This document shows, in pieces, positions 9,583-18,986 of a DNA stretch of 64,000 nucleotides. The stretch lies in sequence record KM606994. One strand, given 5' to 3'. Positions within the stretch are counted from its first letter, which is position 1. Each line of letters starts with the position of its first letter. Position numbers and translations under genes: made by a program. This DNA is from Escherichia phage RB3. The notes beneath the pieces were generated by a model. It did no database searches and had not been told where the DNA came from. It saw only the letters and a program-made list of their open reading frames with translations.

Positions 9583-10902
9583 TCACACATAAAATACGTC
9601 ATAACGACCACGGGTAACACCAACATAAAGAAGTTGTTGAGCCAATTCAGCATCTGCATAATGAATACAAGGTGTATAAATGAAAGCACGGTCTACAGAC
9701 ATACCCTGAGCTTTATGGAATGTTGATGCAGGAAGTGCTTTCACTTTACTAAACTGTGATTTAGCATCCCAAAAATCACTCCACGGAGCTTTTCCGCCTT
9801 TGTTCCAATTTTTATAAGTTTCTGCCGTTTTACCTAAAAATAGGTTAAACTTATATAGCTCTTCATCAGATGAAATTATTTTAATCTTTTCACGATAATA
9901 TTCATCATCGCCGTAAGTTTCTACTGTTAAATCCCAATGACGAATTAAGTATTCTCCATGAACACCACGGGCTTTAACAAACGTTGATGTATACTCTGCT
10001 TCTATAATACGAACTAATTGTCCGTTATTAAAAATAATTTCTGACACAGGCTTTCCATCAATTTTATATGTTTTAATTAATGGTTCCTGCATTACAATAA
10101 TTTCACCAACAATAAAATCTTTATCAGTTTCAAAAATCTTTTTACGAATAATGCTATTTAACTTGTCAACGGATTTATTCGTAAATGCCATTACGCGATT
10201 TTCAAACAAATCATCTAGTGATTTGACAATTGAAAAATAATTTACCATAAAATCGCGTAAAGCGGTATCACCAGTAAATCCACGTACTCCATGACCGTCA
10301 ACAACTTTATCATAAATCCACTTACCGTTGCGAACATCAGTAGCTACATCAATAATAGGAGCATTACTGCGTTTAACTTCAGTAAGTTCACACTGATAAA
10401 AATCTTTGTGTGTAAAGAATGGACTGATATAAGCAGTATTTTCTCCTGGATCAACAGGTCTAATTTGCTTATTATCACCTATTCCAATTATAGTACACCA
10501 AGGTGGAATAGTTGAAAGCAGAATTTTAAATAGCTTTCTATCATACATTGACACTTCGTCGCAGATTAATACCCTGCATTTAGCTAAATCTGGTACTTCC
10601 TTCTGTTCAAAAAGAACGTTTTCTTCATACGTAACTGGGTTAATTTTAAGAATACTATGAATAGTACTCGCTTCTTTCCCCGACAGTTTTGAAAGAATCT
10701 TTTTAGCTGCATGTGTAGGAGCTGCTAAAATAATACCAGTTTCACCCGTAGATATTAAAGCTTCAATGATGAATTTAGTAAGAGTAGTCTTACCGGTACC
10801 AGCAGGTCCATTAATAGTTACATGATGTTTCTTTTCTTTAATAGCCCTCATAACGATGTTAAAGGCATTTTTCTGGCCTTCTGTCAAATCATCAAATGTC
10901 AT
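9583..10902 (-). CDS. dda: Dda DNA helicase (SF1B, 439 aa)
   Basis: Walker A GPAGTGKT, Walker B LICDEVSM; length and sequence as T4 Dda. Confidence 0.92.
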   Translation of the reverse strand: MTFDDLTEGQKNAFNIVMRAIKEKKHHVTINGPAGTGKTTLTKFIIEALISTGETGIILAAPTHAAKKILSKLSGKEASTIHSILKINPVTYEENVLFEQKEVPDLAKCRVLICDEVSMYDRKLFKILLSTIPPWCTIIGIGDNKQIRPVDPGENTAYISPFFTHKDFYQCELTEVKRSNAPIIDVATDVRNGKWIYDKVVDGHGVRGFTGDTALRDFMVNYFSIVKSLDDLFENRVMAFTNKSVDKLNSIIRKKIFETDKDFIVGEIIVMQEPLIKTYKIDGKPVSEIIFNNGQLVRIIEAEYTSTFVKARGVHGEYLIRHWDLTVETYGDDEYYREKIKIISSDEELYKFNLFLGKTAETYKNWNKGGKAPWSDFWDAKSQFSKVKALPASTFHKAQGMSVDRAFIYTPCIHYADAELAQQLLYVGVTRGRYDVFYV

Positions 10903-11210
10903 CGGAAAGTCCCTGCAATTGGAATACTAACAATACGCCCAGTATCTAAAATTCGCTGATATAATCTTTGTGTGTCTACGTCAGGCTTAACATGTTTAAC
11001 TTCTATTTTATTAAACCAAAATTTACGTGGAGTCTCAACTAATCTTGGAATTCCCTTACCTAAAGCTAGTTGATACTGCTCTTTAAGAGTGGTAAATACT
11101 TTATCAGCAATCTTCCATTCAAAAAATACAGCAGGACGATGTTCATCGAGCGGAACTGGCGCCGTAAATCCGTCTTTGTCTCGGTAAACTATCGCATATA
11201 CATAAACCAT
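10899..11210 (-). CDS. hypothetical protein (103 aa, dda.1 position)
   Basis: ORF track; overlaps dda start by 4 nt. Confidence 0.45.
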   Translation of the reverse strand: MVYVYAIVYRDKDGFTAPVPLDEHRPAVFFEWKIADKVFTTLKEQYQLALGKGIPRLVETPRKFWFNKIEVKHVKPDVDTQRLYQRILDTGRIVSIPIAGTFR

Positions 11211-11211
11211 A

Positions 11212-11958
11212 TTATCCTCGGATAAGTTTAAAAATTGAACAATTTAGCGGGTATCCTCTTTTTAATTTGAGTTTATCAATAAATGATAAGTTTTGAAACC
11301 GCTCTACACCTTGAATAATTTTATCACACATATCATATTGCATTTCTGCTTCTGACAACTTTTTCACAATTTTCCAATCCGAGCCTTTAAGAAGAACGTT
11401 CAGTTTAACAACTTCAGCGCCTTCTGCTATACGAGAACCATCAATACGAGCTTTAAGTGCTATAATTCTTAGCTTAATGTCAGAGGTCTGTTTTGACTCA
11501 GAAAGCTGAGAAATGTGTTCAATTCGGTTTTCACGTTTTTTCTGTATAGCTTTAATTTGATTATAAGTCTTTTTGATTTTAGCCCATTTCTTTTCATCTA
11601 AATTTAGTTTATGAACTTTTTTCGCAGATGAACGACCAATTCGCAAAGCAAACAAATCACGTTTTTCAATCAACTCCTCTAAAGTATAATCAGAACGAAA
11701 TGTATTATACTTTTTCTTTACTGCAATAACATTCCCTTTAATGTATCCAACGTTATTATCAAAACGTTCTAATGATAATTTCTCTCCTTCAATACGATTA
11801 TCAAAAGGTTCTCCCGAGTAAGCACAAACTTTTTGATCTAAAATGTTCTTAATGTAATTGAAGTCTAAGTTAAAATCTTTAGAACGTCTTTTTGCAGATG
11901 CCTGAGTGTGCTCTAAACGACGTTTAATTTTACGAATTTGATTATTAGACAGTTTCAT
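11212..11958 (-). CDS. srd: Srd-like protein (248 aa)
   Basis: Size and position between dda and modA as T4 srd; basic, helical. Confidence 0.6.
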   Translation of the reverse strand: MKLSNNQIRKIKRRLEHTQASAKRRSKDFNLDFNYIKNILDQKVCAYSGEPFDNRIEGEKLSLERFDNNVGYIKGNVIAVKKKYNTFRSDYTLEELIEKRDLFALRIGRSSAKKVHKLNLDEKKWAKIKKTYNQIKAIQKKRENRIEHISQLSESKQTSDIKLRIIALKARIDGSRIAEGAEVVKLNVLLKGSDWKIVKKLSEAEMQYDMCDKIIQGVERFQNLSFIDKLKLKRGYPLNCSIFKLIRG

Positions 11959-11996
11959 ATTTTTCTCACATCTTACAGACGATTTAATACTTTATT

Positions 11997-12026
11997 ACTA
12001 TAACATTTTTACCTTAACTTGTAAAC
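11997..12026 (-). promoter_or_regulatory. early promoter (GTTTAC, 18 nt, TATAGT) upstream of srd
   Basis: Plus strand actata-N18-gtaaac. Confidence 0.5.
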
Positions 12027-12041
12027 AACTTTATGTAAAAA

Positions 12042-12066
12042 TGCTTTAAAAATTTCATGGTATAAT
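12042..12066 (+). promoter_or_regulatory. plus-strand MotA-box middle promoter (TGCTTTA, 12 nt, TGgTATAAT)
   Basis: Canonical MotA box and extended -10 on the plus strand, pointing into modA antisense. Confidence 0.4.
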
Positions 12067-12083
12067 GAATCTAAGTCCTTCCA

Positions 12084-12686
12084 TTATAGATTAAATCCTT
12101 CAAAATCAAGAGTATAGATAGTGTATGTTGAATACTTTTTATACTCATATCTATCTGCAATTCTAAATACACTTCCAGCTGGTATCATTACTTCTTGTTC
12201 ATCTGAAACTAATTCCATATTACGATAACGATGGCTATCCGGAAACTTAAAGTTTGGATTGTATTCTTTACAGCGTAGAGCTTTTATAGCATACTCCTGG
12301 AAATTGAATACCATAGGAGCTTTGAATTCAAAAATAACTTGTGTGTTATACTCTAAACCGGAAGCAAAATGTAGAGCTATATTTTTATCATATGAAGCTG
12401 ATACTACTTTATCAAATGTAATAATATCAATTCCTTGATTTAACACTTGCTTAGTCTCGACTGGAACACCTCTCCAAAGAGGTTTATCGTTTGGAACCAA
12501 ACGAGATTTGATTATTTCATTTAACCAAGTATGGTCATCTGGCTTATTAGTAATACAATGAATTAAAAGTTCAATTTCAGATAAATTAAACCCTTCAGAA
12601 AGTAATTCTTCACGAATAGAAGCACGCACCGATGCATCCATTGATTTTATTTTAAAATCTTTTAGTTGCATTACTGAGTATTTCAT
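12084..12686 (-). CDS. modA: ADP-ribosyltransferase ModA (200 aa)
   Basis: R-S-E ART motifs (LWRG, SAS, EQEVMIP); length as T4 ModA. Confidence 0.8.
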   Translation of the reverse strand: MKYSVMQLKDFKIKSMDASVRASIREELLSEGFNLSEIELLIHCITNKPDDHTWLNEIIKSRLVPNDKPLWRGVPVETKQVLNQGIDIITFDKVVSASYDKNIALHFASGLEYNTQVIFEFKAPMVFNFQEYAIKALRCKEYNPNFKFPDSHRYRNMELVSDEQEVMIPAGSVFRIADRYEYKKYSTYTIYTLDFEGFNL

Positions 12687-13306
12687 TCAACTACCTCAAT
12701 ATCATAAACTTTAAATGTTCCAAATGAATCGTGTAATTTTTCTTTTGAAATAGAAGTTATTTTATATTTTCCAATTGGAATCATCCATTCTTGTTCACGC
12801 ACAATCATCATTAAGTTATCAGTACGCTCTGAATCTAATCCATCAGTATCTTCATACGTGTACTTAAACTCAGTATTAGGAGAAGAAAGTATAATATCGC
12901 TGATATGGTCAGAATAATTAAAAGCTTTATCAGTTTTTAAGCGAAATATTATTTCAGTGAAATACTCAACATAAGAAAAACCACATGCTGTGTGCAAACT
13001 AGTAGTAAATGAATCTACCCTGTTCGTTGAAAACACTTCTCCAACTTGTAAATCTTTAATGAGTTCTTTTGTCGATTTTGATATACCACGATATAATTGA
13101 TAAGGTGATTTAGTTAAATGCTTTTTAACGATTTTATTCAACTGCCTATGAAGAGCTTCATTCTTTTTGGCTTCCATACATTGCCAAAGAATTGACTGTT
13201 CAAAGTCAGTAAATTTTTCACAGACCTTTTTATACATATCATATTGAAAATCAACGCTTTCAGCTTTTATAGATAACTGTTCAACATCTGCAAGATTAAT
13301 AATCAT
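12683..13306 (-). CDS. modB: ADP-ribosyltransferase ModB (207 aa)
   Basis: ART motifs (LYRG, STN, EQEWMIP); paralog of modA; length as T4 ModB. Confidence 0.8.
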   Translation of the reverse strand: MIINLADVEQLSIKAESVDFQYDMYKKVCEKFTDFEQSILWQCMEAKKNEALHRQLNKIVKKHLTKSPYQLYRGISKSTKELIKDLQVGEVFSTNRVDSFTTSLHTACGFSYVEYFTEIIFRLKTDKAFNYSDHISDIILSSPNTEFKYTYEDTDGLDSERTDNLMMIVREQEWMIPIGKYKITSISKEKLHDSFGTFKVYDIEVVE

Positions 13307-13373
13307 GATAGCCTCCGTATACTTCAGAAGCTATCATATCATCGTTAGAAAGGAAAGTAAACAACTTTTTGAA

Positions 13374-13556
13374 TTATTTTGCCCAGGGAGCCCAGGGCGG
13401 AGGGTCAAGATGGTATGAAGCTAGTTCTTCTAGAAGAGCATCTGGGGCTTCAATTCCATAATTCTGTAATACTATACGGTATTCTTTCTTATAATCACTA
13501 GAATCATTCTGGTTATTCGTAGAATGATTATCTTCTAACATCTCAAATAAATCCAT
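13374..13556 (-). CDS. hypothetical protein (60 aa)
   Basis: ORF track. Confidence 0.35.
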   Translation of the reverse strand: MDLFEMLEDNHSTNNQNDSSDYKKEYRIVLQNYGIEAPDALLEELASYHLDPPPWAPWAK

Positions 13557-13564
13557 ATTAATTC

Positions 13565-14035
13565 CTAGCGATAAAAACCAAAATGACGATTAGCTTCAAT
13601 AATCTTTCTTTCTTCTTCGGACATTCTCCAGCGTAGTCCAACATCAAAATGAGCCCAGACCATCTTAACAAATGCATTTATATCTTTAATATCTTCAATA
13701 ATGAATGTTTTACTTTTAGAAGGCTGACTCGCTAATTTAACTTTATCATCTTCAAACAGGTCAAAAAGACCATATTCATGAGCTCTTTTATAGCCTTTAA
13801 TAGTTAAAGCTTCGGAAGAAGAAAACGGTGAATCTGTATTCTGCAAAATATCTTCAGTATGCTTTATAATTAGAATAACATTTTCTGGATATTTTCTTTC
13901 TTTTATATCTTTAATTAAAAAATCCGGATTTTCTGCTAAAGGAATAATTAATGAGCATTTTTTACCAAGAGTATTTACTGATTTACCTTCTTTAGACATG
14001 AATTCTATTGAATAATGTTTTGCTACTTCAATCAT
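13565..14035 (-). CDS. hypothetical protein (156 aa)
   Basis: ORF track. Confidence 0.45.
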
Positions 14036-14188
14036 GTGATTTCCTTTTGCCTACTAATGGACCGTCGGGAATTTTGTTTTCCTGGATATATTTCTCATTT
14101 TCTTCCATCATTTTACTACCAATTTTAAGAAGCAAATCCATTGCTTCATTTGCTTTAGCTTTAGCCTCTTCTAACGTCATATCTTTGT

Positions 14189-14392
14189 TCATGATTTATC
14201 ACCATAGATGTCTCTCATCAATTTAAGCGCTGAGCGTTCTAATTTCTTTTCTTTCTCAGCACTAATCATTGATTTCATCCATTCTTCCGATTCGTTCTGC
14301 ATTTCTTTATTTGCTTGTTCAACCCAGCCATCATCAATATACATTGAGTTTGGTCTATTGAACCATTCAAACATTTTCTTCAGAACTTTCAT
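14189..14392 (-). CDS. hypothetical protein (67 aa)
   Basis: ORF track; ATGA overlap with next gene. Confidence 0.35.
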
Positions 14393-14864
14393 TTGTTTTA
14401 CCTAAAACAACAGTAGGAGCATCGTCAAATTTATGAATTTTTAGCAAATTTGGATGTAAACTATTCCATACAGAAGAAATAAAGTATGATAACGCATCTT
14501 CACTCGCAATTATAAATTTGTTTCCTTTGTCTATTTTCCAGTTATATACTGAATCGTACGAATAAAAAGATAAGGGTTTATCATTATATTGTTCTGCGCT
14601 AACATTAATGTATTCGGATTTAGTAAATGCTTCAATTGCTCTAAATGGAATATTTGGTACAGTTTCAATAATTCCGATCTTTTTAAGTTTTATTTCAGCA
14701 TCTTCTGGAACTGGCATTGAAACGAAATTTTCTACGAGATACATTGGGTCACAATAACCCTTATCAATCATTACTGCTACGGTAATTGGAACATCTTTAG
14801 CAAACGACATGCTATTACTGCTAATATACATTTCAAACAAAATTGCTTCCATAATTTTCCTCAA
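14367..14864 (-). CDS. hypothetical protein (165 aa)
   Basis: ORF track. Confidence 0.45.
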   Translation of the reverse strand: MRKIMEAILFEMYISSNSMSFAKDVPITVAVMIDKGYCDPMYLVENFVSMPVPEDAEIKLKKIGIIETVPNIPFRAIEAFTKSEYINVSAEQYNDKPLSFYSYDSVYNWKIDKGNKFIIASEDALSYFISSVWNSLHPNLLKIHKFDDAPTVVLGKTNESSEENV

Positions 14865-15193
14865 TCACAAGATGTAGATGAACAGCTAGAATCACAAGAA
14901 CTTCCGCATGAATCACCTGCCCATACATGAACAGGGACATTTGTATCATATGAATCAGAACTAGACTGTGTATTAGATGATGTAGTAGGTACTGACCAGC
15001 GCCAAGGATTTTTATAATATTCTTGGGCTTCTTCATAAGTCATAGTAACTGCTTCTACTGTTCCATCTCCCATATAAACATACTCAACTACAGTTAAAGG
15101 AAGGTAGTCATTTGAAATAGGAACTACACCTTCTCCAGGAGTCGTAGAGAAAAAATCTGTAAAGAAACTTTTAAACCAATTAAAGATAAACAT
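14861..15193 (-). CDS. hypothetical protein with Cys/Ser-rich C-terminus (110 aa)
   Basis: ORF track; C-terminal [15 protein letters not shown]. Confidence 0.4.
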   Translation of the reverse strand: MFIFNWFKSFFTDFFSTTPGEGVVPISNDYLPLTVVEYVYMGDGTVEAVTMTYEEAQEYYKNPWRWSVPTTSSNTQSSSDSYDTNVPVHVWAGDSCGSSCDSSCSSTSCD

Positions 15194-15399
15194 TACAAAA
15201 AGCCTCTCTTAAATTCGACTTGCTTCTCGCCATAATCATATCGAATCTCTGCATTAAATTCGACAGAACCATCTGCGTACATCATAAATGAATGCACAAC
15301 AACTTCTGTAGACCATGGCTGTAGTTCATATTTCTTCATTACATGTCGTGAAATGATAATATCTAAATCTTCATTTGGTTTAATCCAGCGATTTAACAT
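15193..15399 (-). CDS. hypothetical protein (68 aa)
   Basis: ORF track; early promoter directly upstream. Confidence 0.4.
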   Translation of the reverse strand: MLNRWIKPNEDLDIIISRHVMKKYELQPWSTEVVVHSFMMYADGSVEFNAEIRYDYGEKQVEFKRGFL

Positions 15400-15425
15400 A
15401 GTGCTCTCCTCTATAAGATAATTCT

Positions 15426-15455
15426 ATTATACCATACTCATTTTGGAAAGTAAAC
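15426..15455 (-). promoter_or_regulatory. early promoter (GTTTAC, 18 nt, TGGTATAAT)
   Basis: Plus strand attata-N18-gtaaac. Confidence 0.55.
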
Positions 15456-15460
15456 CATTT

Positions 15461-15480
15461 AAATGAAAAAAGGACTCCCG
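15461..15480 (-). terminator. intrinsic terminator downstream of soc (stem, UUCG loop, U-run)
   Basis: aggactcc-cgaa-ggagtcct preceded by an A-run on the plus strand (U-run on minus transcript). Confidence 0.6.
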
Positions 15481-15495
15481 AAGGAGTCCTTGAAT

Positions 15496-15741
15496 TTATT
15501 CACCAGTTACTTTCCACAAATCTTCATTTGCAGCAATCCATTCAGTACGTTGATTTTCTTCATATACTGTAGAATATGCTGCTTTTTCTGAAGGGAATGT
15601 CTGATAATGAGCACCAGAAATTTTATGAACGTCAGAATAAAGAGGGAAAGCTACGGAAATTTCCTTTCCTTCAATTTTCTTATTTCCATCTAATTTCTGC
15701 TCAAATGTTTTGATATTAACATAACCGCGAGTACTAGCCAT
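15496..15741 (-). CDS. soc: small outer capsid protein Soc (81 aa)
   Basis: Sequence MASTRGYVNIKTFEQKLDGNKK... essentially as T4 Soc. Confidence 0.9.
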   Translation of the reverse strand: MASTRGYVNIKTFEQKLDGNKKIEGKEISVAFPLYSDVHKISGAHYQTFPSEKAAYSTVYEENQRTEWIAANEDLWKVTGE

Positions 15742-15771
15742 GTAATTCTCCTTTTATTTAAATTACATGAT

Positions 15772-15779
15772 TATTTATA
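15772..15779 (-). promoter_or_regulatory. late promoter TATAAATA upstream of soc
   Basis: Plus strand tatttata about 30 nt upstream of soc ATG. Confidence 0.55.
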
Positions 15780-15824
15780 ATAAATTCTCGCGGCTTTTAA
15801 GTCGTCGTTTATTTAAACGAGCTA

Positions 15825-16343
15825 TTAATAGCCTCGGTCTTGACGAGCGAAATTTTCAGCATTTTTCAGATAATAAAGTTTAAATATTTCTTCAGCTGAC
15901 ATTCCAAGAGCAATAAATTTATTCATGAAAAAGTGAAATTGATCAATCAGTTCAAATTTAATTTCAAGCTGATCTTCAGGAGATAAATCTTGAATTTTCT
16001 TGGATTGCATTTCAGAATAACGTTTCTTCCAAGGTTTCCATACAGCAGAAGCTTCTTTTTCACCATTACTCATACCACCAAGAGAAGTATATAGCTCGCG
16101 AGTTTCATCTGCGATATAATCGTCTTGGTTTCGCAACCAAGCAAGAACTTCTCCTGCAGTTTCAAGTGAATCAGGATGACGATTTGTTTCTGGTTTATCA
16201 TTAGCCAAACGAATCTGTAAATGCCGCTGCATGTCAAGCATAACCTGCAGTGGGTCAATATTGTGCATAATATTCTCAGCATATGCACGATTTGCTTTAT
16301 CAACACCTTCGATCAAATGAGCACATTCGTTAAAGTAAGCCAT
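15825..16343 (-). CDS. 56: dCTP/dUTP pyrophosphatase gp56 (MazG-like), 172 aa from first ATG
   Basis: Track ORF trimmed to MAYFNECAHL...; size and position (soc-56-61) as T4 gp56. Confidence 0.8.
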   Translation of the reverse strand: MAYFNECAHLIEGVDKANRAYAENIMHNIDPLQVMLDMQRHLQIRLANDKPETNRHPDSLETAGEVLAWLRNQDDYIADETRELYTSLGGMSNGEKEASAVWKPWKKRYSEMQSKKIQDLSPEDQLEIKFELIDQFHFFMNKFIALGMSAEEIFKLYYLKNAENFARQDRGY

Positions 16344-16414
16344 TATTTTTCCTTTCAATTCATGGGTTAGTAGATTAATTATACAATAAATATATAAAGC
16401 AATAAGGAGGACAT

Positions 16415-16615
16415 ATGGTACAAAAATTAATGGCACTTGTTAATGCCATCAAAGGTAATAAAAAACGTATAGCTTTTACTATTTCTGCTATGGTAGGAAT
16501 TTTACTCTGGAACTTTATTTTATCACCAATTGCTATTGCTCATGGCGTTAGTATTCCAGTAATTACTCTTGATACATTCGTAGATTTAGCATTTGCTTTA
16601 GTTGGGTTAATTTAA
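16415..16615 (+). CDS. plus-strand small hydrophobic protein (66 aa, two predicted TM helices)
   Basis: Strong SD AAGGAGG 4 nt before ATG; opposite strand to all neighbours; lies in the 56-61 intergenic region. Confidence 0.4.
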   Translation: MVQKLMALVNAIKGNKKRIAFTISAMVGILLWNFILSPIAIAHGVSIPVITLDTFVDLAFALVGLI

Positions 16616-16642
16616 ATCTTAGCATATTTAGATAACCGCATT

Positions 16643-17641
16643 TTAGCCATTAACCCCCTGGGCAATATTATTTTTCATATATTCCATAATTTGTTCAGGG
16701 GTTGCACCTTCCTTTCTAATCATATCATTGACATCTTTTGATTTCCAGGGAGATTTATCCCAAAACATAACCCTTTCTCCTGCATCAACTAATTTAGTCA
16801 TTCGTTTAATAGTGTCAGGGTGACGAGGTTCATTATCTAAGACCCACACTCGTCTATCTTTAAATGGAACAATTTCTAGGTCTAATTGACCACCCGTAAT
16901 AGCTATACCATTTTCAATAAAAAGTGAATCTATAGGTCCTTCTAGAACATATACATCACCATCTTTAACTCGTTCGACTCCATAGATTTTTGTTGCCTCA
17001 GGATAAGCTTTAATGGTGATATATTTTTGGGGAGCATCTTTCTTTAATGCACGTCCTTGAAAAGACTCAGCTTTTCCATTAGCATTATAAATTGGAATAA
17101 CAAGACGAGGCTCAGGTATTTCCTTTTTATATGTTCCCGGTGCTATACTATTAACCAATTTAGGCCATTCGGTTGTAAACCAAAGATATTTCCATTTATC
17201 CTTTGGAATACAACGAGCTTTTACATATTTTATAATTGGATGGTCTTCCGCCAGTTTATCTAATCTAACACATGACGGAAGAGATTTAATTATTTTCTTC
17301 TCAGGTTGTTTAGGAAGTTCTTTAGGTTTTTCTATTGGACGACTTTTACCTTTTTCTTTTCTTATTTCAAAGATATACTCACGATATAAATCAGGTTCAA
17401 ACTCCTTTAAATATATTCCGATTGGTGCATGATAGTTACAGTTATAACAATGAATATTTCCTTCATTATTATCACCATAATACCATCCACGAGCTTTATT
17501 CTGGTCGGTTTTTGAATCTCCACAAACAGGACATCTAAACCGTAATTTAAAAGTTGAACTATTATTTACTTGTGTGAATTTAGGTAAATGAGCTAATGCA
17601 CGATACGCAAACTCATTATCAATCCAAGGTATTGATGACAT
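16643..17641 (-). CDS. 61: DNA primase gp61 (332 aa)
   Basis: Zinc ribbon CPVCGD...CYNCNYH plus TOPRIM-like region; adjacent to gene 41. Confidence 0.9.
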   Translation of the reverse strand: MSSIPWIDNEFAYRALAHLPKFTQVNNSSTFKLRFRCPVCGDSKTDQNKARGWYYGDNNEGNIHCYNCNYHAPIGIYLKEFEPDLYREYIFEIRKEKGKSRPIEKPKELPKQPEKKIIKSLPSCVRLDKLAEDHPIIKYVKARCIPKDKWKYLWFTTEWPKLVNSIAPGTYKKEIPEPRLVIPIYNANGKAESFQGRALKKDAPQKYITIKAYPEATKIYGVERVKDGDVYVLEGPIDSLFIENGIAITGGQLDLEIVPFKDRRVWVLDNEPRHPDTIKRMTKLVDAGERVMFWDKSPWKSKDVNDMIRKEGATPEQIMEYMKNNIAQGVNG

Positions 17642-17644
17642 TCT

Positions 17645-17809
17645 TTACTCTTCTTTTTCTTTAGATTCCTCTTTCTTCTTTTTAGGAATCTGTTCAGGAC
17701 CTTTATTTACTACAGCGCCTGACGTTGTTCCAGTAGAGATATTTTCAGGATTACCACCTGAATCTCCAGCGACCATATCTTCTTTGATAAATTCTTTATA
17801 TGTTTTCAT
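17645..17809 (-). CDS. small protein (54 aa) with N-terminus resembling the internal-protein capsid targeting sequence
   Basis: Hand-translated MKTYKEFIKEDMVAGDSGGNPENISTGTTSGAVVNKGPEQIPKKKKEESKEKEE; not in ORF track. Confidence 0.35.
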   Translation of the reverse strand: MKTYKEFIKEDMVAGDSGGNPENISTGTTSGAVVNKGPEQIPKKKKEESKEKEE

Positions 17810-17821
17810 ATTAGCCTCTAA

Positions 17822-18115
17822 TTATTCACCTACCACTTCAGCGATGATATTTTTATTATTGAAGTTTTTATCACAATACAGAACGTAATTATACTGCATT
17901 ACACCACCAGACTTAAGCTGTTTTTGTACTTCAGCTTTCATTTCAGGGCGATCACGCTCAACGATATTCATAATATCTGCTTCAATCTGAGTTTCAACCT
18001 CAGTCTGATCTGCAGTCATAGACCATTCGCACAAATCTTTATCATAACCTGCCATAGCAGGCTGAGCAGCACAAGAAGCTAAAGCAAAAATTGCAGCAAA
18101 AACAAATTTTTTCAT
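17822..18115 (-). CDS. sp: secreted periplasmic protein, spackle-like (97 aa)
   Basis: Signal peptide MKKFVFAAIFALASCAAQPAMA; size and position as T4 sp (61.3). Confidence 0.55.
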   Translation of the reverse strand: MKKFVFAAIFALASCAAQPAMAGYDKDLCEWSMTADQTEVETQIEADIMNIVERDRPEMKAEVQKQLKSGGVMQYNYVLYCDKNFNNKNIIAEVVGE

Positions 18116-18144
18116 GATAATCTCCTCAGTAGTTTATGTTTATA

Positions 18145-18173
18145 TAGTATCTCAATTTCTAACAAAAGTAAAC
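18145..18173 (-). promoter_or_regulatory. early promoter (GTTTAC, 18 nt, TACTAT) upstream of sp
   Basis: Plus strand motif ending gtaaac at 18168-18173; GAGGAG RBS follows. Confidence 0.4.
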
Positions 18174-18427
18174 TATTTTATTTCCTCAAGTTCGTTAATC
18201 AATAAAAGTTCTCTGACGCTAAAAACAAAGAAAAATGTGTTCCCATCAACCAGAGCATGACCGCTAATAGAACACCCTCTGCGGAATTTAGAAACTTCAC
18301 AATCTAGAACTGTAAAGGGTTTTAATCCTATGACTTTAGCTGTGCGTCTATTCAGTTCACAACCACTTGCGAATTTTTCCAAATCTTCTTCTGATTTAAA
18401 CTGATATTCTCTATTAACTAGCATCAT
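18173..18427 (-). CDS. hypothetical protein (84 aa)
   Basis: ORF track. Confidence 0.4.
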   Translation of the reverse strand: MMLVNREYQFKSEEDLEKFASGCELNRRTAKVIGLKPFTVLDCEVSKFRRGCSISGHALVDGNTFFFVFSVRELLLINELEEIK

Positions 18428-18458
18428 TTTCTTTTCTCCGCGATTAGCTGATAGAATT

Positions 18459-18488
18459 ACTATAACACAACTCTATCAGCTTGTAAAC
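18459..18488 (-). promoter_or_regulatory. early promoter (GTTTAC, 18 nt, TATAGT)
   Basis: Plus strand actata-N18-gtaaac. Confidence 0.5.
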
Positions 18489-18490
18489 TA

Positions 18491-18733
18491 CTATTTTACT
18501 AGCATCAATAACTGTTTCTCTAACTTGACTATTTTACGAAAGTATCTTTTGCATTGGCGAATCTGTCGCTTCGTAGGGCGAACAGCAAACTTAATAAATT
18601 CCACTCGACCAAATGGAGGACTTTCTTCTGCTGGAATATCTAACACCAATTCCCACGTATCTGCAATAAGTGCTTTGAATTGAGTATTTTTCCTGACGTT
18701 ATACGGAGTAGGTTTAAATAAAACCGTATGCAT
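18491..18733 (-). CDS. hypothetical basic protein (80 aa from internal ATG)
   Basis: Track ORF trimmed to avoid overlap with dmd. Confidence 0.4.
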   Translation of the reverse strand: MHTVLFKPTPYNVRKNTQFKALIADTWELVLDIPAEESPPFGRVEFIKFAVRPTKRQIRQCKRYFRKIVKLEKQLLMLVK

Positions 18734-18734
18734 A

Positions 18735-18926
18735 TTACCCTCGCCAATCAGATTCAAAAACTTTTTTATCATTAACAAATGCTTTAACTAAAGCTTTATT
18801 AACTTCAGCAAGTTGTGAAGTGACCCATAGAATTTGATCTTTATCAGACACATCCATAGTGATTTCTTTGGTAAACATATTACCATTTTCAAACCAGCCA
18901 ATAAAAACAATCTTTGCTAATTCCAT
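18735..18926 (-). CDS. dmd: Dmd-like antitoxin (63 aa)
   Basis: Size and position immediately downstream of gene 41 as T4 dmd (61.5). Confidence 0.55.
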   Translation of the reverse strand: MELAKIVFIGWFENGNMFTKEITMDVSDKDQILWVTSQLAEVNKALVKAFVNDKKVFESDWRG

Positions 18927-18956
18927 AATAATTTCCCCAATTTAACCAACAAGACT

Positions 18957-18986
18957 ACTATACCATAGTCTTGTCAGCTTGTAAAC
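18957..18986 (-). promoter_or_regulatory. early promoter (GTTTAC, 18 nt, TATAGT) upstream of dmd
   Basis: Plus strand actata-N18-gtaaac. Confidence 0.5.
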
